A stretch of DNA of 64,000 nucleotides, taken from Chara braunii (taxonomy: Eukaryota > Plantae > Charophyceae). Positions 49,690-61,352 of this stretch are shown here, in pieces. The stretch is taken from the NCBI GenBank assembly GCA_003427395.1, contig BFEA01000036.1:243148-307147 (forward strand), in the 5' to 3' direction. The notes under the pieces are model-generated. The model saw nothing but the letters and a program-made list of their open reading frames with translations. It was not told where the DNA came from and made no database searches. Each line of letters opens with the position of its first letter. Within the stretch, counting starts at the first letter, position 1. The position numbers were made by a program, and so were the translations under genes.

Positions 49690-50050
49690 ACGTGGACCTT
49701 GATGTCAGGGCACTAATCTTGAACGGACTGGCACAAGCATCCCCAGAAAAGAGGGATGCCATCTGGCGTATGCTAAAAACGAAGGGAACCAGGACCTGGT
49801 TGGACGTGGCTTGCGTGCAAGAGACACACCTCCGCCACTCACCTACACACAAAGCTAAGGAGAAATGGGTCTGGCCATACACATCTTTTTCGACCAAGCA
49901 AGATCGAGAGCCTCAACAGGGGTTGACAAATGGATACCCCCCTCCTTGAGACTGAATCCTGTGGCTCACGAATATGACCAGCAAGAGGGGTGCTGGGTGT
50001 ACGTCAAGGCGATAAAAGGAGACGAGGAAATAGGCATTGTAAACGTTGAC
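49690..50050 (+). pseudogene. LINE AP-endonuclease N-terminal fragment
   Basis: LNGL...LDVACVQETHL...EGCWVYVK...IGIVNV. Confidence 0.8.
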
Positions 50051-50269
50051 GACCTCAAACTTTTTGTAATGCTCAGGCAAATCTTGTTTAGTTTATTTTT
50101 CTCCATAACATATCTTTTTTTCAGATTATTTTGACGACTTTTTTTTTTTTTTTTTTTTTTTGTTGGGTCCGCATTCGGCCCGAACGGTCGAACGCATCCC
50201 CAAGGGATCCCATACGTTCAAGCGTTCGGGTTCGGGCGTTCGGCCCGTCCCGAACACCGTTACCCTGAT

Positions 50270-51745
50270 TCCCCAAATAATTCCCTCACTAATTTTTTTG
50301 TAAAGTCATTCTGACATCATCACCATCATCATCACCATCATCTGTTTATAAATTCATTATTTAGTATTCTTCATCACTATCATCTAACTAGTTTATTTCT
50401 CCTCATAGGCTTTAAAGTCAGATATGGCGAGAAGGTAAGTGGATTAAAGGTGGGGCGAACTCTACTCTACAAAGGAAGCGCAAGGAGAGAGGTGCTAACC
50501 TTCGAGGGAGTACAGGCAGACAAGGGGGAGTGTTCTAGTTTGGGGCTGGGGAAGATCCCAGTGGTGGCAGATTAGGGCACAGCTAGCTTGAGATAATCAC
50601 TGGGGGGAACTGATTACTCAAGGGAGTAAAGGAAGAGGAGATGGCTTTCTCTCGCTGGGGCTGAAGGAATTTAACTGTTTGCAGATCGATTCCACTCAGC
50701 GGGGGCAGCACAGAGAGAGGAGGAAAGGAAGAGGGGGGAAGAGGCAGGGGAGGAGAGGGGAAATTGAATCTACATCAAGGGTCATCATCAAAAGCAGCAG
50801 CATCTACATAGTTAGTTTTTTCAAAAAAATCCTCTGATTGCGTTTTATTGGAATATGAGAGAAGGTAAGTGGGAAAGGTGGGAAAACTGAAACTCTATAA
50901 GGGCATCGTAAGGTGGGAAGTGATGCTCTGTTAGGAGTGGAAGTAGATGGGGGATTGCGCTAATCTGGGGCTGATAATCCAGCGGGGGCAGATTAGGGCA
51001 ACAGCTTGATTGGGTCATACTTTGGGGGGAATGGTAGGACCTAATGGTGAGTACTGTTGTAAGGGGGACTGTCCCAGGTTGGGGCTGAAAAACGACTACT
51101 CATCAGGGAGGTTCATTTCAGCGGAGGCAACAAGGGGCAAGAAGGAACGGTGAGGGGAAGAGGAATAGAATCCATATCTACTGACGTCAATCATTATCAT
51201 CACCACCCTCATCAGATACGTCATCTGCTGGGGACTCAACTAAATCATATCCTTTATTTTTAGGTATTATTATCAATTTTGCTGATTGTCTGATTGAGTT
51301 GTGAATGTGCACTTGCCTAGGTCAAGTTGATGCCAGAACGACGCTGACCGGTGCTGGGGCATTGCCCTGTAACCTAAACTACTAGGAGCTTGAGGTCTTG
51401 TAGAGAGTTATGGGGATTGCTGAGGGAGGAAGGCAGTCCACTAATTTGACAGACGGTAACAATCCTGTCGACGATGGTCGGAGCTGGGGCGGGTAGCGCT
51501 GCCCTGTAACTTAGCTAAATAGAGGGTGTGAGACTGGGTAGAGGTGGGATTGATACACAGCACAACATCAGATGACAATTGCTGGAATTGGTAGAAATAC
51601 CTGGAATTAGGATAGGGTCCCATGTTGTAGTTCTGAGTAGAGAACATTCTGATTAGCCTTCCTTATCACTCTTCCTTATTGGCTAGTACTTAGAGTGTGA
51701 CTGCTCAGATCATGATTCTGATTAGCAGAAAATCATCAGTTTTAG

Positions 51746-51778
<33 letters not shown>

Positions 51779-51878
51779 ATGTTGGTTATTCCGGGTAGAC
51801 TGTGAGGACCCCGGCCTCGATGCTCTCAAATATCAATACAAGCCTTGGGCACTGGGCCCTTCTTAAAAAAAAAAAAAA
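50270..51878 (+). mobile_element. Poly(A)-tailed non-coding retroposed element with two Alu-domain-like modules
   Basis: Two G-rich ~400-bp repeats, modules at 51346-51397 and 51476-51535, (CAT)n, tail GCCTTGGGCACTGGGCCC followed by poly(A). 5' boundary approximate. Confidence 0.75.
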
Positions 51879-53411
51879 CTTGCTTTGAAAGATGGGATGC
51901 TGGACCCGGTTTCCAGCATAGGGATACTTGGCATCAACCAGCCAACAGCGGTATAGGAGACATAGAGAGGGAGACTATGTTGCTATAACTTGCACCGAAA
52001 AGGGACACTTTACCCGGTTTCCAGCAAGTGCTCACCAAATAGATGGAGCCTTCACCAGGAAGGCCACTTTAGGGGGATGCTCGTACCACCTCCTAAAATG
52101 TGGACCTCCACTCTAAATTTATAATGAAAAAAAAAACGTTTCCCAGCTATTTTTTCAGAGATGAAGCTTGCATGCTGCCTTTTTTTCAGATATGCAGCTT
52201 GCATGCTGAGGCAACTTTCAGGAGCTTGGCTCCCGGAGCAAAATGGTTGGCAGCATCAGCCAGAAGGAGGCCTGCACCAGTCCTTTTACTTACACAACAC
52301 ATTTCCCACCCTGGAGAAAAGTTCCTCAGTATTGGTGGTGATCTTGTCCATGTACATTGCTGCATCCAGAAATGTCAATCAGTATGCGATGGGTTGTGAT
52401 CCACCACTCTCAGAACCACAGGAAATCAAGGGTGGTTCAACAGACCTCAAACATGAAAAGTGCTTCTTCACTGATGAAACAACTACATCTCAGTCAAGGT
52501 TTGAGTTTCTTATACGCAGGAAAAAAAAAAAAACCCACTAAATGCAGTTTTGTCGCGGTGGGAGTTTAAAATGCGCAAAAAGCGTAAAAATATTGTTCTT
52601 TTAACTTTTATTTATTTTGCCGTTTTTTAAACTCCGGCCCTTTGCACACCACCGCCCGCCCCGGTAGTTATGGCATCTGCGCCTATTAGAAAGTACCAAA
52701 CCTCATTTATTGCCTTTTCAAACCTGGCGTGATTGACCTGCTGGTATATGTTTTGTTTCGCGAGTTGGCTCTTCATTTTGGTATTCTTTTAAAGGTGACA
52801 GTCTTGATATAGATCCACAGGCCACCGGCCTCAGGGGCTGGGTCCCACCAACCGTGTGACACATTTCAAGGGAATAAATTGCAAAGCGTGAGCGGCGGTG
52901 AGCCATCATTATCTCGTCAATAGGAGGACAGTCTGACAGGGTGTGTTTGACTCTCATTGTTAAACTTGTTCCTTCTTTTGGGCAACAAATGCACCTGGCC
53001 GACACAGTTGTCCGCATTCATTTCAGAAAAGACCTTCCCTTACCACAGAGTATCTCCCTCAGACTCTGCGAGACACATTTCTTTTCTCTGAACTTTCGAA
53101 AAATCGGGACAAAGCTGGGTCATCATTTCACAATTCTAGAAATAAAAGAAATATAACGTTCTCCACATGAAGTGGGGCAGAAATCTCACAGAAGCAGATC
53201 TTTCCCACACAAACCATGAAACCAAAACATGCCGAAAACAAATTTGAAAAGTAAAAACTCTAGGCAATATTCAAACGCATCTATGGCAGGGGTCTATCCC
53301 ACTTGCCACACGCAATTGAAAACCCAGCGTTGAGGCAGCCAATGGTGCAGGTGGGACCCGGTCCCACGTATGTGGTCCACTGGTGCCTCTTCGGAGAATT
53401 TCCCTACTCAA

Positions 53412-53755
53412 ACCACCAGTACCTCGCCCAGCTATTGACGCCGAGCCTGAAAATGCCATGCTCGCCAAAGAAAAAGAGCAGGTGCGGGCCTCATTTTGAC
53501 AGGTGCCCCAAGCCATTTTGGTCCAGTACCGCGACCCCCAAGGTTGCGGCCATATATGAGCCGCCTATTTGTTTTTCAAGTGGGGAAAGGTACTAGTGAT
53601 TTAAACCACCAGTACTTCCTAAAGTCGCGTAGCGTTAACGCTACGCAATTTTAGGAAACGTACGGGCCACTACAGGAGCGCCCACATTCATCCAACAAGA
53701 AACGTTTCTACTCTATTTTTTTCCGCGGCCGATAGCTGGGCCAAGTACTGGTGGT
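53412..53755. mobile_element. Two adjacent TTAA-family MITEs sharing one TTAA (53601-53604)
   Basis: 53412-53600 and 53605-53755, each with ACCACCAGTAC TIRs. Confidence 0.85.
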
Positions 53756-56069
53756 TTAACCTATGTACTGCAGAGAAAACGAAAAAAGTTGTCGGGCTCC
53801 AGCTACCAATCTCAATGGGGTTATTACAGAAATGCCACCCCACGACCAGCAAGATCAACTGAGAAATGGTGCAAATGTTCTCCAACTCAACCACAATTGC
53901 AATCAGTCTGATGCATTGAACGGGCATTTAGGAAATACATAACCAGGCCTTGTTTTTGAGGAACGTGAATCAGGCGTCCGGAAAGAAAACTTCGACCATA
54001 TCTTCAGCTTCACAAAATTCAGCCCAACCTCGGGGGACATTCAAAAGGACTCAGAATTGTGAGTTTGAAGGCTGGTGACCGGCTATTTCTCTCAACCATG
54101 CACAAACATTTTTTCCTATTTTTTATGTGCAAATTGCAAGGTAGTATGGCCATGTTGAAAAGAGTGAAACAGACTATTTCATTTCATGTTCTCGGCGGTG
54201 TAGCGAAGCCCTTGTGTGCTCAACAGTGTAGCAACTTACTAGCAAGGCCCTAAGTGGAGAAAAGACACCAGAAATGCATTTTGAGACTCTAGCCACACTG
54301 GATGATTTGAAAGGGAGGGCCTGGTTACACTGCTTGCCATCAGCTGAAGTCCATTGCGAGTATTGTCAACTGAAAAGCAGCAGTTTTGTGGCTAATCGGG
54401 CTGACAGTTACACACTTGCCATGGAGGTTTTCAAGAACAATCCAAAGGTAGTGCACCTCATGTCCAGCCATGACACTGAAATCCTCCCCACGTACGTCTC
54501 CGTGTCGAGGGGTTGGAAGGACATCCTTCACAAAACAGCTGTGACAGGCAAGGACATCACAAATTCTGCTGTGGCAGGCAAGAACATCACGGATTCTGCC
54601 ATGATACGGAAGCACGCATCTTCTGACTGTCAGGTTTACAAGGGTCTCATCACAGCACTCGCAAAAAGACAACATTGGGCATCGTCACACTATGCACGAA
54701 ACGAGTGTGAAACCGTTTAGCGTCATTTGCACCGCACTACCATCTTGCTACTCTCAGAGTCTCACGACCCCAGGTTGTGTGTTGTCAGATGTGTGACAGT
54801 GGAGGAAGTCGCATGCTGCCCAAGACCGCCCGCCTGCACCCTCAGGATTTTCGAGGGTGCTCCCAGAAGGGCGTGAGGGAGATGGAACACAACTGAAGAA
54901 TTTTCAAGGGTGCTCCATGAAGGGTGTTAGGGAGGCAGCTGAACGCACGAGTGAAGAAGAAATAGCCGACCGTAGGTTGTGATGTTTTGTTTTTTGCCCT
55001 TTTTTCCAGTGTGTTCTGTTGTGATAGTTGTCGCTTCGCATGTGTAGTGCGGTGGTAAAGGCGAAAACATACTTTTCGAGTTGTTAGGGCATTCATAGGC
55101 CCTCTTTGTGGTTCATTTGGGTTTGTTTCCTGTGTAGTGAGGCTAGGCTCAGGGCCCTGAGGTATCAGAAAAAATTGAGATCACTCATTCCATGAGAGGA
55201 CCTGTGGGAGCAGGTGCTCCTCCCCACCAATAGATGGAGCCTCCCGAGAATGCTAGGGGTGCCTGCTCTTATCAGCACCCCTAACATCCACCCGGGTGTT
55301 TTTTTTTTTTTTAAAGAGGGGAGGAACTGGAAGAGTTTGGACCAGAGGCTGCAAAAGCTGCGATATTGTCACCAAACTGGGTCCGCACTATAGGACTTGA
55401 TTGATAGCTTCACCCTTGCCTAGTACGCAGTACTAAAAAAGGGGCCTACATTGATAGAAGGGGACTGGGTGCGGCTGCTGGACTTTCCCAACCAGGTGGG
55501 GCAGGTGCACCTACCGCCCAGACACACCGATTGATAGGCTGCCAATCAATCCAGCAGAATGGCAATGGACCCGTGGTAGGCAGCGGGGGGGCAAACCGCA
55601 GGAACCGCTGATGCTGGCAGGCATGAAGGTGAAAACATCATATAGATTTTTTTAAAGCCCAGGGTGTTGTAGAGGCCAAGGACCAGACCCGCGGTGATTG
55701 CTGGTAGCGGCAGCCAATGGTTGTCCTGACAGGATAGGCCACCTACCCTACCGGGCCTACCCATCCCCAGTTAATACTCCCAGCGCAGCCCCTGTCCCTA
55801 CTATCCTACCTCAGTGTGACCAGCACTCAGGACCATCACCTACCAGTATCGAGGGCAACTTGGACCAGACAGCAGTGACCAGCAACAAGGCTGGGCCAAC
55901 CTCCCAGCCCTGATGGAAGCGGAAGCGGACAAACCTTGCCGTATGGGAACTTCGGATGCCAGGCCCATGCAATCTTCTACAGGCCCAATTTAGAGAGTCT
56001 ATCGCAGGATTAACTAAGCAAGGCAGGCCACCACCCGTGGACACATCCTACCGTCCTTCCCCTAGCTTA

Positions 56070-57110
56070 GACTTCTGAGACCTGGAAAGATCCTGAAAGA
56101 TATAGTATGCAACCAATAGCAAAACACCTGAAATCTGCTCTAATTTGCTCAAACCAACCCGCTGGTTTAAGGAGTATAAGCTAAGGCCTGCAAAAGTCTC
56201 CTCGCTCCAATGGCAGGTTGCCCACCGCTGCCTCCCAACCAGTAACTGGTTGATTGACCACAAGAACCTAGAGCAGCAGGGGCGGTGCTATCCAGAGCAG
56301 AAGTGGCTGGAAACCGTAAAGCACATCTTCTTACAGTGCCCCACAGCTTTGTTGACATGGCGCTGGTGGCAAACAGCCACGGGACTGTAGGGCCCTCCTT
56401 ACAGGCCACTGCCCCTACTTTGGTGATGAACAGATCAAAGAAAATATGTTCTGGAAAAAAAAACAAAAAAGGGTAGACGATCGGTCCTCTGGGTCTTATG
56501 GTGGCAGAGATGTATTATGGAAATGGAGGGGCAAGGGTAGAGGTAGGAGAGGTTGCTGATCAAATCAAGCAACTTGTCTAAGCCGAGATCGGCAACCAGT
56601 GGCGGCCAGCCAAGGGATAAAGACGCCACCATCAGCCGTTTTTGTGAAGATTAGCTGGGGGAAAGGCGGGGGGTTGGATGGCGGAGGCGATTTGGGCAGG
56701 GGATACCACCCAGCAGCCACCAGCAGTGGAGGACCAGCTGTGGGACAAGGTTGCCAGGGACTACAGGGTGCTCTTTCATGATTGGACAGCAGTCGATCCC
56801 AACGTGCAGCTGAGACCTCCCTTGGATTTTATGGACCCCCCACACCTATTTTCCTTAGTAGAGGTCCTGCAAGAAAGCGACTGATCGGCTTCATGACTTC
56901 CTGTGCTCGTATCCTGCAAGGAGGCTGACCAGCCTCATGGTTTCATACAACTCATCTGAGGGGCGTTCTGGGGATGCTGGGCGCGGTGCCGAGCAATCTA
57001 CACATGCTGTGTACCAAGGGACGCCGGACCCGGTTTCCAGCAGGTGCTGCCCCCCACCAACGGATTTAAGTATGCAGGTTTGGTCTCCAGCAGGTGCTGT
57101 TCCCCACCAA
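56070..57110 (+). pseudogene. LINE C-terminal fragment and 3' UTR
   Basis: SLQWQVAHRCLPTSNWLID, VKHIFLQCP, YRVLFHDWTAVDP; pseudoknot module at ~57018. Confidence 0.85.
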
Positions 57111-57347
57111 CTTATTTACATATAATGCATGTTTTGGTAAAAAGGGGGGAGGACCAGGATGTGGGGAGAGGAAGGAAAGGAAAGGAAAATGAGATGAAGA
57201 CTCCGGAGCCTCCCCAGAGAGGACGCCTCTGCATCCCTCTGACCTTCCGTGCTGTGCCCACAGACTGAAGTTCTTCTAGTGTTTGCAGATAATCTTATGA
57301 AACAAGTGCGGTAGTAGCACACTTTCAAACTGTAAAGGCAAAAAAAA

Positions 57348-57791
57348 CACTAATGGGCAACGGAAAAATGGCCGCAGTTCGAAAAGGCAGTCATAACATC
57401 AGAAGGTGGTAACATCAGGCCCCGAGTTTGAAANNNNNNNNNNNNNNNNNNNNNNNNNNNNNNNNNNNNNNNNNNNNNNNNNNNNNNNNNNNNNNNNNNN
57501 NNNNNNNNNNNNNNNNNNNNNNNNNNNNNNNNNNNNNNNNNNNNNNNNNNNNNNNNNNNNNNNNNNNNNNNNNNNNNNNNNNNNNNNNNNNNNNNNNNNN
57601 NNNNNNNNNNNNNNNNNNNNNNNNNNNNNNNNNNNNNNNNNNNNNNNNNNNNNNNNNNNNNNNNNNNNNNNNNNNNNNNNNNNNNNNNNNNNNNNNNNNN
57701 NCCCTTTTCAAACTCCGCGCCTGATGTTACCGCCTTCTGATGTTATGACTGCCTTTTCGAACTATGGCCATTTTTTCGTTGCCAATTAGTG
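57348..57791. mobile_element. CACTA-ended element with ~85-bp TIRs spanning a gap
   Basis: CACTAATGGGCAACG... / ...CGTTGCCAATTAGTG; no matching 3-bp TSD. Confidence 0.6.
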
Positions 57792-58099
57792 CCCCCAGGA
57801 CACTCACTGCTTGATATGTGAAGAAAATAAGATTAGTGACACAAACGTACTTGCCCCTAATCTTATTTTCTTCACATATCAAGCACTGCTGCCCTAGGAT
57901 AGGCCCGTGCCCCCAGGACACTCAATGCTGGCAGGCTCCTCACAAGTCCATATTCTTTCGTAAAAAGGGACACTGGACCCGATTTCCAGCAGGTGTAGCT
58001 CCCCACCAATAGATGCAGCCACCCGTGGCAGCTACAGGTGACTGCTCTTACCAGCATCTGACGCTTCCTAAACAGATTTCCACCCTTTGCCACACTTTT

Positions 58100-58710
58100 G
58101 AGACAGATCACTCTCAAGAGTGGGCTGGGAAAGGACAGTCAAGCCTAAAGGAAAGGACCAACCATTGGCACAGACAGGTCACTCTCAAGAGTTGGCTGGG
58201 AAAGGACAGTCAAGCCTGAAGAAAAGGACCAACAATTGGCACAGACAGGTCACTCTCAAGAGTTGGCTGGGAAAGGACAGTCAAGCCTGAAGGAAGGGAC
58301 AAACCATTGTCTGTGCCAACCTCACACCAACTCCCAAAAATTGGAGGACAAACAACAAATGGTAAAAGGAGCTTCTACATAACGGAAATGAACCCTTATC
58401 TGTCCCAGCCTCAGGCCAACGCCCAAAAACTGGAGGACAGACAAGTCCAAAGGAAAGGATGCACCCTGTCTGTCCCAACCTCGGGCCAAGTTGTAGAAAG
58501 TAGAGGACAGACAAGCCCAAAGGAAAGGACAAACCCTTGTCCCCCAACCTCAGGCCCATGCCTGAAAACTGGACGACAGACAAGCCTAAAGGAAAGGAAG
58601 AACCCTAGTCTCCTCAATCTCAGGCCAACTCCCAAGGACGAACCAGCTGGATAAGCCAAAAGAAAGGACGAACCCTTGTCTGTCCCAACGTCAGGCCAAT
58701 GCCCAAAACT
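58100..58710. repeat. ~60-70-bp tandem repeat array (related inverted copy near 29200-29300)
   Basis: Unit GGACAG(A)CAAGCCTAAAGGAAAGGAC...CCCAACCTCAGGCCAA repeated. Confidence 0.9.
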
Positions 58711-58747
58711 GAAAGCTTATTTTGAGCGCGAGAGGAAAGGTATCTCG

Positions 58748-59152
58748 AGGCATACTCGCACTGCGACCCCAAATCAGCAAAATATGCGGATTTGGTAAGG
58801 GCCGATTTGAGCTTTCGAGCATGGTTCAGGTCGCACTGCTGCACCTTTTCAGATGGGACAACGCCCTGGCCGTCTGGAGCAATGGCGGTAGTTTACTGGT
58901 CACAAGGCGCCATCCACAAATTGTGCAAGAACTTTTGTAGGCGAATTTTCACCGATTCTCAAAGACAATGCTAAAAAAAAATAGGGCATTTGCCGTCACC
59001 TCCAGAGGTAACAAATTCCCTTGCCCCGTGGCTACACAGGCCGCTGACAAATGGGCACACGAATGGTACATTTAGGACTTGACATAAGTGTGACGGGTCC
59101 TGTACCTCTTTTGGGGGGAATTTTGGGTTATAGTCCCAGTGCGAGTATGCCC
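58748..59152. mobile_element. PIF/Harbinger-type MITE
   Basis: (A)GGCATACTCGCACTG / CAGTGCGAGTATGCCC; flanks TCG/TCA. Confidence 0.75.
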
Positions 59153-59224
59153 TCAGTTGGTGCACCCATGAACTGTAGATAGGACATGTTGTCGAATCCA
59201 GATTGAGCTAGACTATGGAAAAAA

Positions 59225-59337
59225 CGCTCAGTTGGTACACCCATGAACAGTGGAAATGCGGACCCGAGTTCGAATCCAGATAGACCCAGATTACCAACAT
59301 CCCTGAATTACCTGGGGCGGGTGAGATATTAAAAAGA
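59225..59337 (+). mobile_element. Short tRNA-derived SINE-like sequence (degenerate partial copy at 59152-59212)
   Basis: GCTCAGTTGGT (A box), GAGTTCGAATCC (B box), A-rich end. Confidence 0.6.
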
Positions 59338-59445
59338 GGGGAAAAGAGAGCCTCTGACAACCAGATATAAATAAAAAGTACAGAGGGAAAAGAGAGTATA
59401 CTCACACTATCCCCCACCCCCCCCCAAAAAAAAAAAAAAAAACTA

Positions 59446-59572
59446 TACTCACACTAGGCCCTCAAAATCACAAAATCACAAAATGAGCGGCCAGATCCAG
59501 TCTTTTTACAAGGCCTCGATCTGGCCTCTCATTTTGCTAATTTGGTATTTTGAGGGCCTAGTGGAGTATGCC
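59446..59572. mobile_element. Palindromic Tourist-like MITE
   Basis: ATACTCACACTAGGCCCTCAAAAT ... ATTTTGAGGGCCTAGTGGAGTATGCCC. Confidence 0.75.
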
Positions 59573-59839
59573 CTCAGAGAGCCTCTGAAAACCCACGGGT
59601 TGCAGGCAGGCCGAGATTCACCTTTCTAGAGCCCCTTCGGAAAGAGGCTCTTTGCGCGTTTCTCCTCCTCTTTTGTTTAAGAGGCTCTTTGCGCGTTTCT
59701 CCTCCTCTTTTGTTTTTTCCTTTTTTCTAAAAACAGCCTGCCTTCTCCTCATCCAGGGACAGCCATATATTTTTCTCACACCTCACATGTTTTTAACTGG
59801 CGTTCTGCCATGTCATCCTGGAACATACTCTTTTCGGCC

Positions 59840-59898
59840 CACCATCTCAATTCATGCGTGTCATCCATGCGCAAGGGGCCATGCTAATCTTCTCTGTA
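59840..59898 (-). pseudogene. U6: 5'-truncated U6 snRNA copy
   Basis: Minus strand reads TACAGAGAAGATTAGCATGGCCCCTTGCGCATGGATGACACGCATGAATTGAGA; lacks the 5' stem-loop. Confidence 0.9.
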
Positions 59899-61252
59899 GG
59901 GCCCACGTGTAATCACACATACTAAGTGTATCTGGACCTTCAAGAACGATACATTCAAACTATTCGATCAGCCGACATGTATCTGGTCTACGTGCCCCTT
60001 CAGGATCAGTGGAGCCACCAAACTATTGGCGGATGAGAGCAGGCCACACCGTAGTGGAGCCAGCCTCCCCAGTATCCACAAGCTACCAGGAAACCCCAGT
60101 ATCCACAAGCTACCAGGCAAGCGATACATGAGATATATGAGCCTCGCTCCACTACTCCACATTCTACATGCATTTGGACGCCTTTCTGGACCATGGGCAT
60201 TCAGAGACGCCCAGCATTTTGAATGCAGTGTAGCGGGGCAATGATGAGATCCAAATACACGTAGAGTGTTCTGCGTAGTTTTCTTTGTTTTGTTTTTTTA
60301 AAAGGGCGATGGCCTTGAGGTATAGCCAGGTCGGTAAGGGAGAGGGGATGATTTAAGTAGGAACACTGGAGTCAGACAGGCGAGTAAGAATGGCTTCGGT
60401 TGTCAGGAGACGGGGTTAGTAGTTAGGCTGGTAGAAGTAAGGGCAGCAGCCTGGGCGCTCAGGTGCGATAAGGGACCCGGTCGCAGTAGACACAGCTGGT
60501 CAGGGAGCGCTAGTCAGCGAGGAACTTGGTTCCATCGGCCGAATTAGGCTGAAGACTGGCCGGGTTAGGCCAGGCTTAGTTAGTTAAGGTGGTTAGGAAG
60601 AAGAATAGAGGGTAGCGAGAGTAGGTAGGCCAGGAAAGGGATAGGACTAGGACTGAGGGATTAAGAAAGTAATCTAGATAGGATAGAGGGTTTCGCATGA
60701 GTTAAAAAGTTGGTACATGATTGGATGTTGATAAGCTAAACCGGCTGATGCTGCCGGGATAACTCCGGGGGGAATTGTGAGGTCCCCGGCCTCAGCTCAT
60801 TGATTGATGATTAAAATTTGCTTTTTAAAAAATAATATAAAAAAAAAATCATCGGACTAACCAGCCCAGGTAAATTCAATAATATTGTGTCTAATCTGAC
60901 ATCGGGTGGCCTTTTCAGCCCAGGGTGGCCTTGATTGCCTTCAGGGAACCCCCAACGGGGGACACCGGCCAGGGGACAGCCGGTAGCCGAGGGACCAAGC
61001 ATCATCTGAGTGGCCAGTGGCTGTGCCTCCCCCTATGAACATCAGCACAGACTGCTTTTTAATGCCAATTGGTGGGACCAACCGGCTATCTCTAGCCCTA
61101 TGTCTGAAATCTACACATTCTTTACTGTTGGTACTGTACTTCTTCGAAAGCAATAAAAGGCCGTCCTGTCCAGATGTCCAGATTTGACAGGTAATTGAAT
61201 TGGTTGGGCTTAAAAAAAGCAATATATACACCTGACGACATGACAGGCCTAC

Positions 61253-61352
61253 CGGGGCAAGGTCCCACTTGCACGGATTAAGAGATTCTGGCCGTTGATC
61301 TTTGCAATCTACGGTCAATAGCGCTTAATTCGTGTAAGTGGGACCTGGCCCC
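61253..61352. mobile_element. ~100-bp palindromic MITE (second copy 62520-62620)
   Basis: GGGGC(C)AAGGTCCCACTTGC...GCAAGTGGGACCT(G/A)GCCCC fold-back, present twice. Confidence 0.8.

Noticed and set aside
54274-54720. 148-aa ORF, plus other exon-like segments near 36590-36870, 44507-44622, 46385-46604 and 53773-54058
   Set aside because: No recognisable domains, and some have stops in all frames; not supportable without homology or RNA data.
59944-59953. GAACGATACA next to the truncated U6 as its missing 5' part or an intron-split U6
   Set aside because: Only 10 nt, in the opposite orientation, and without splice signals.
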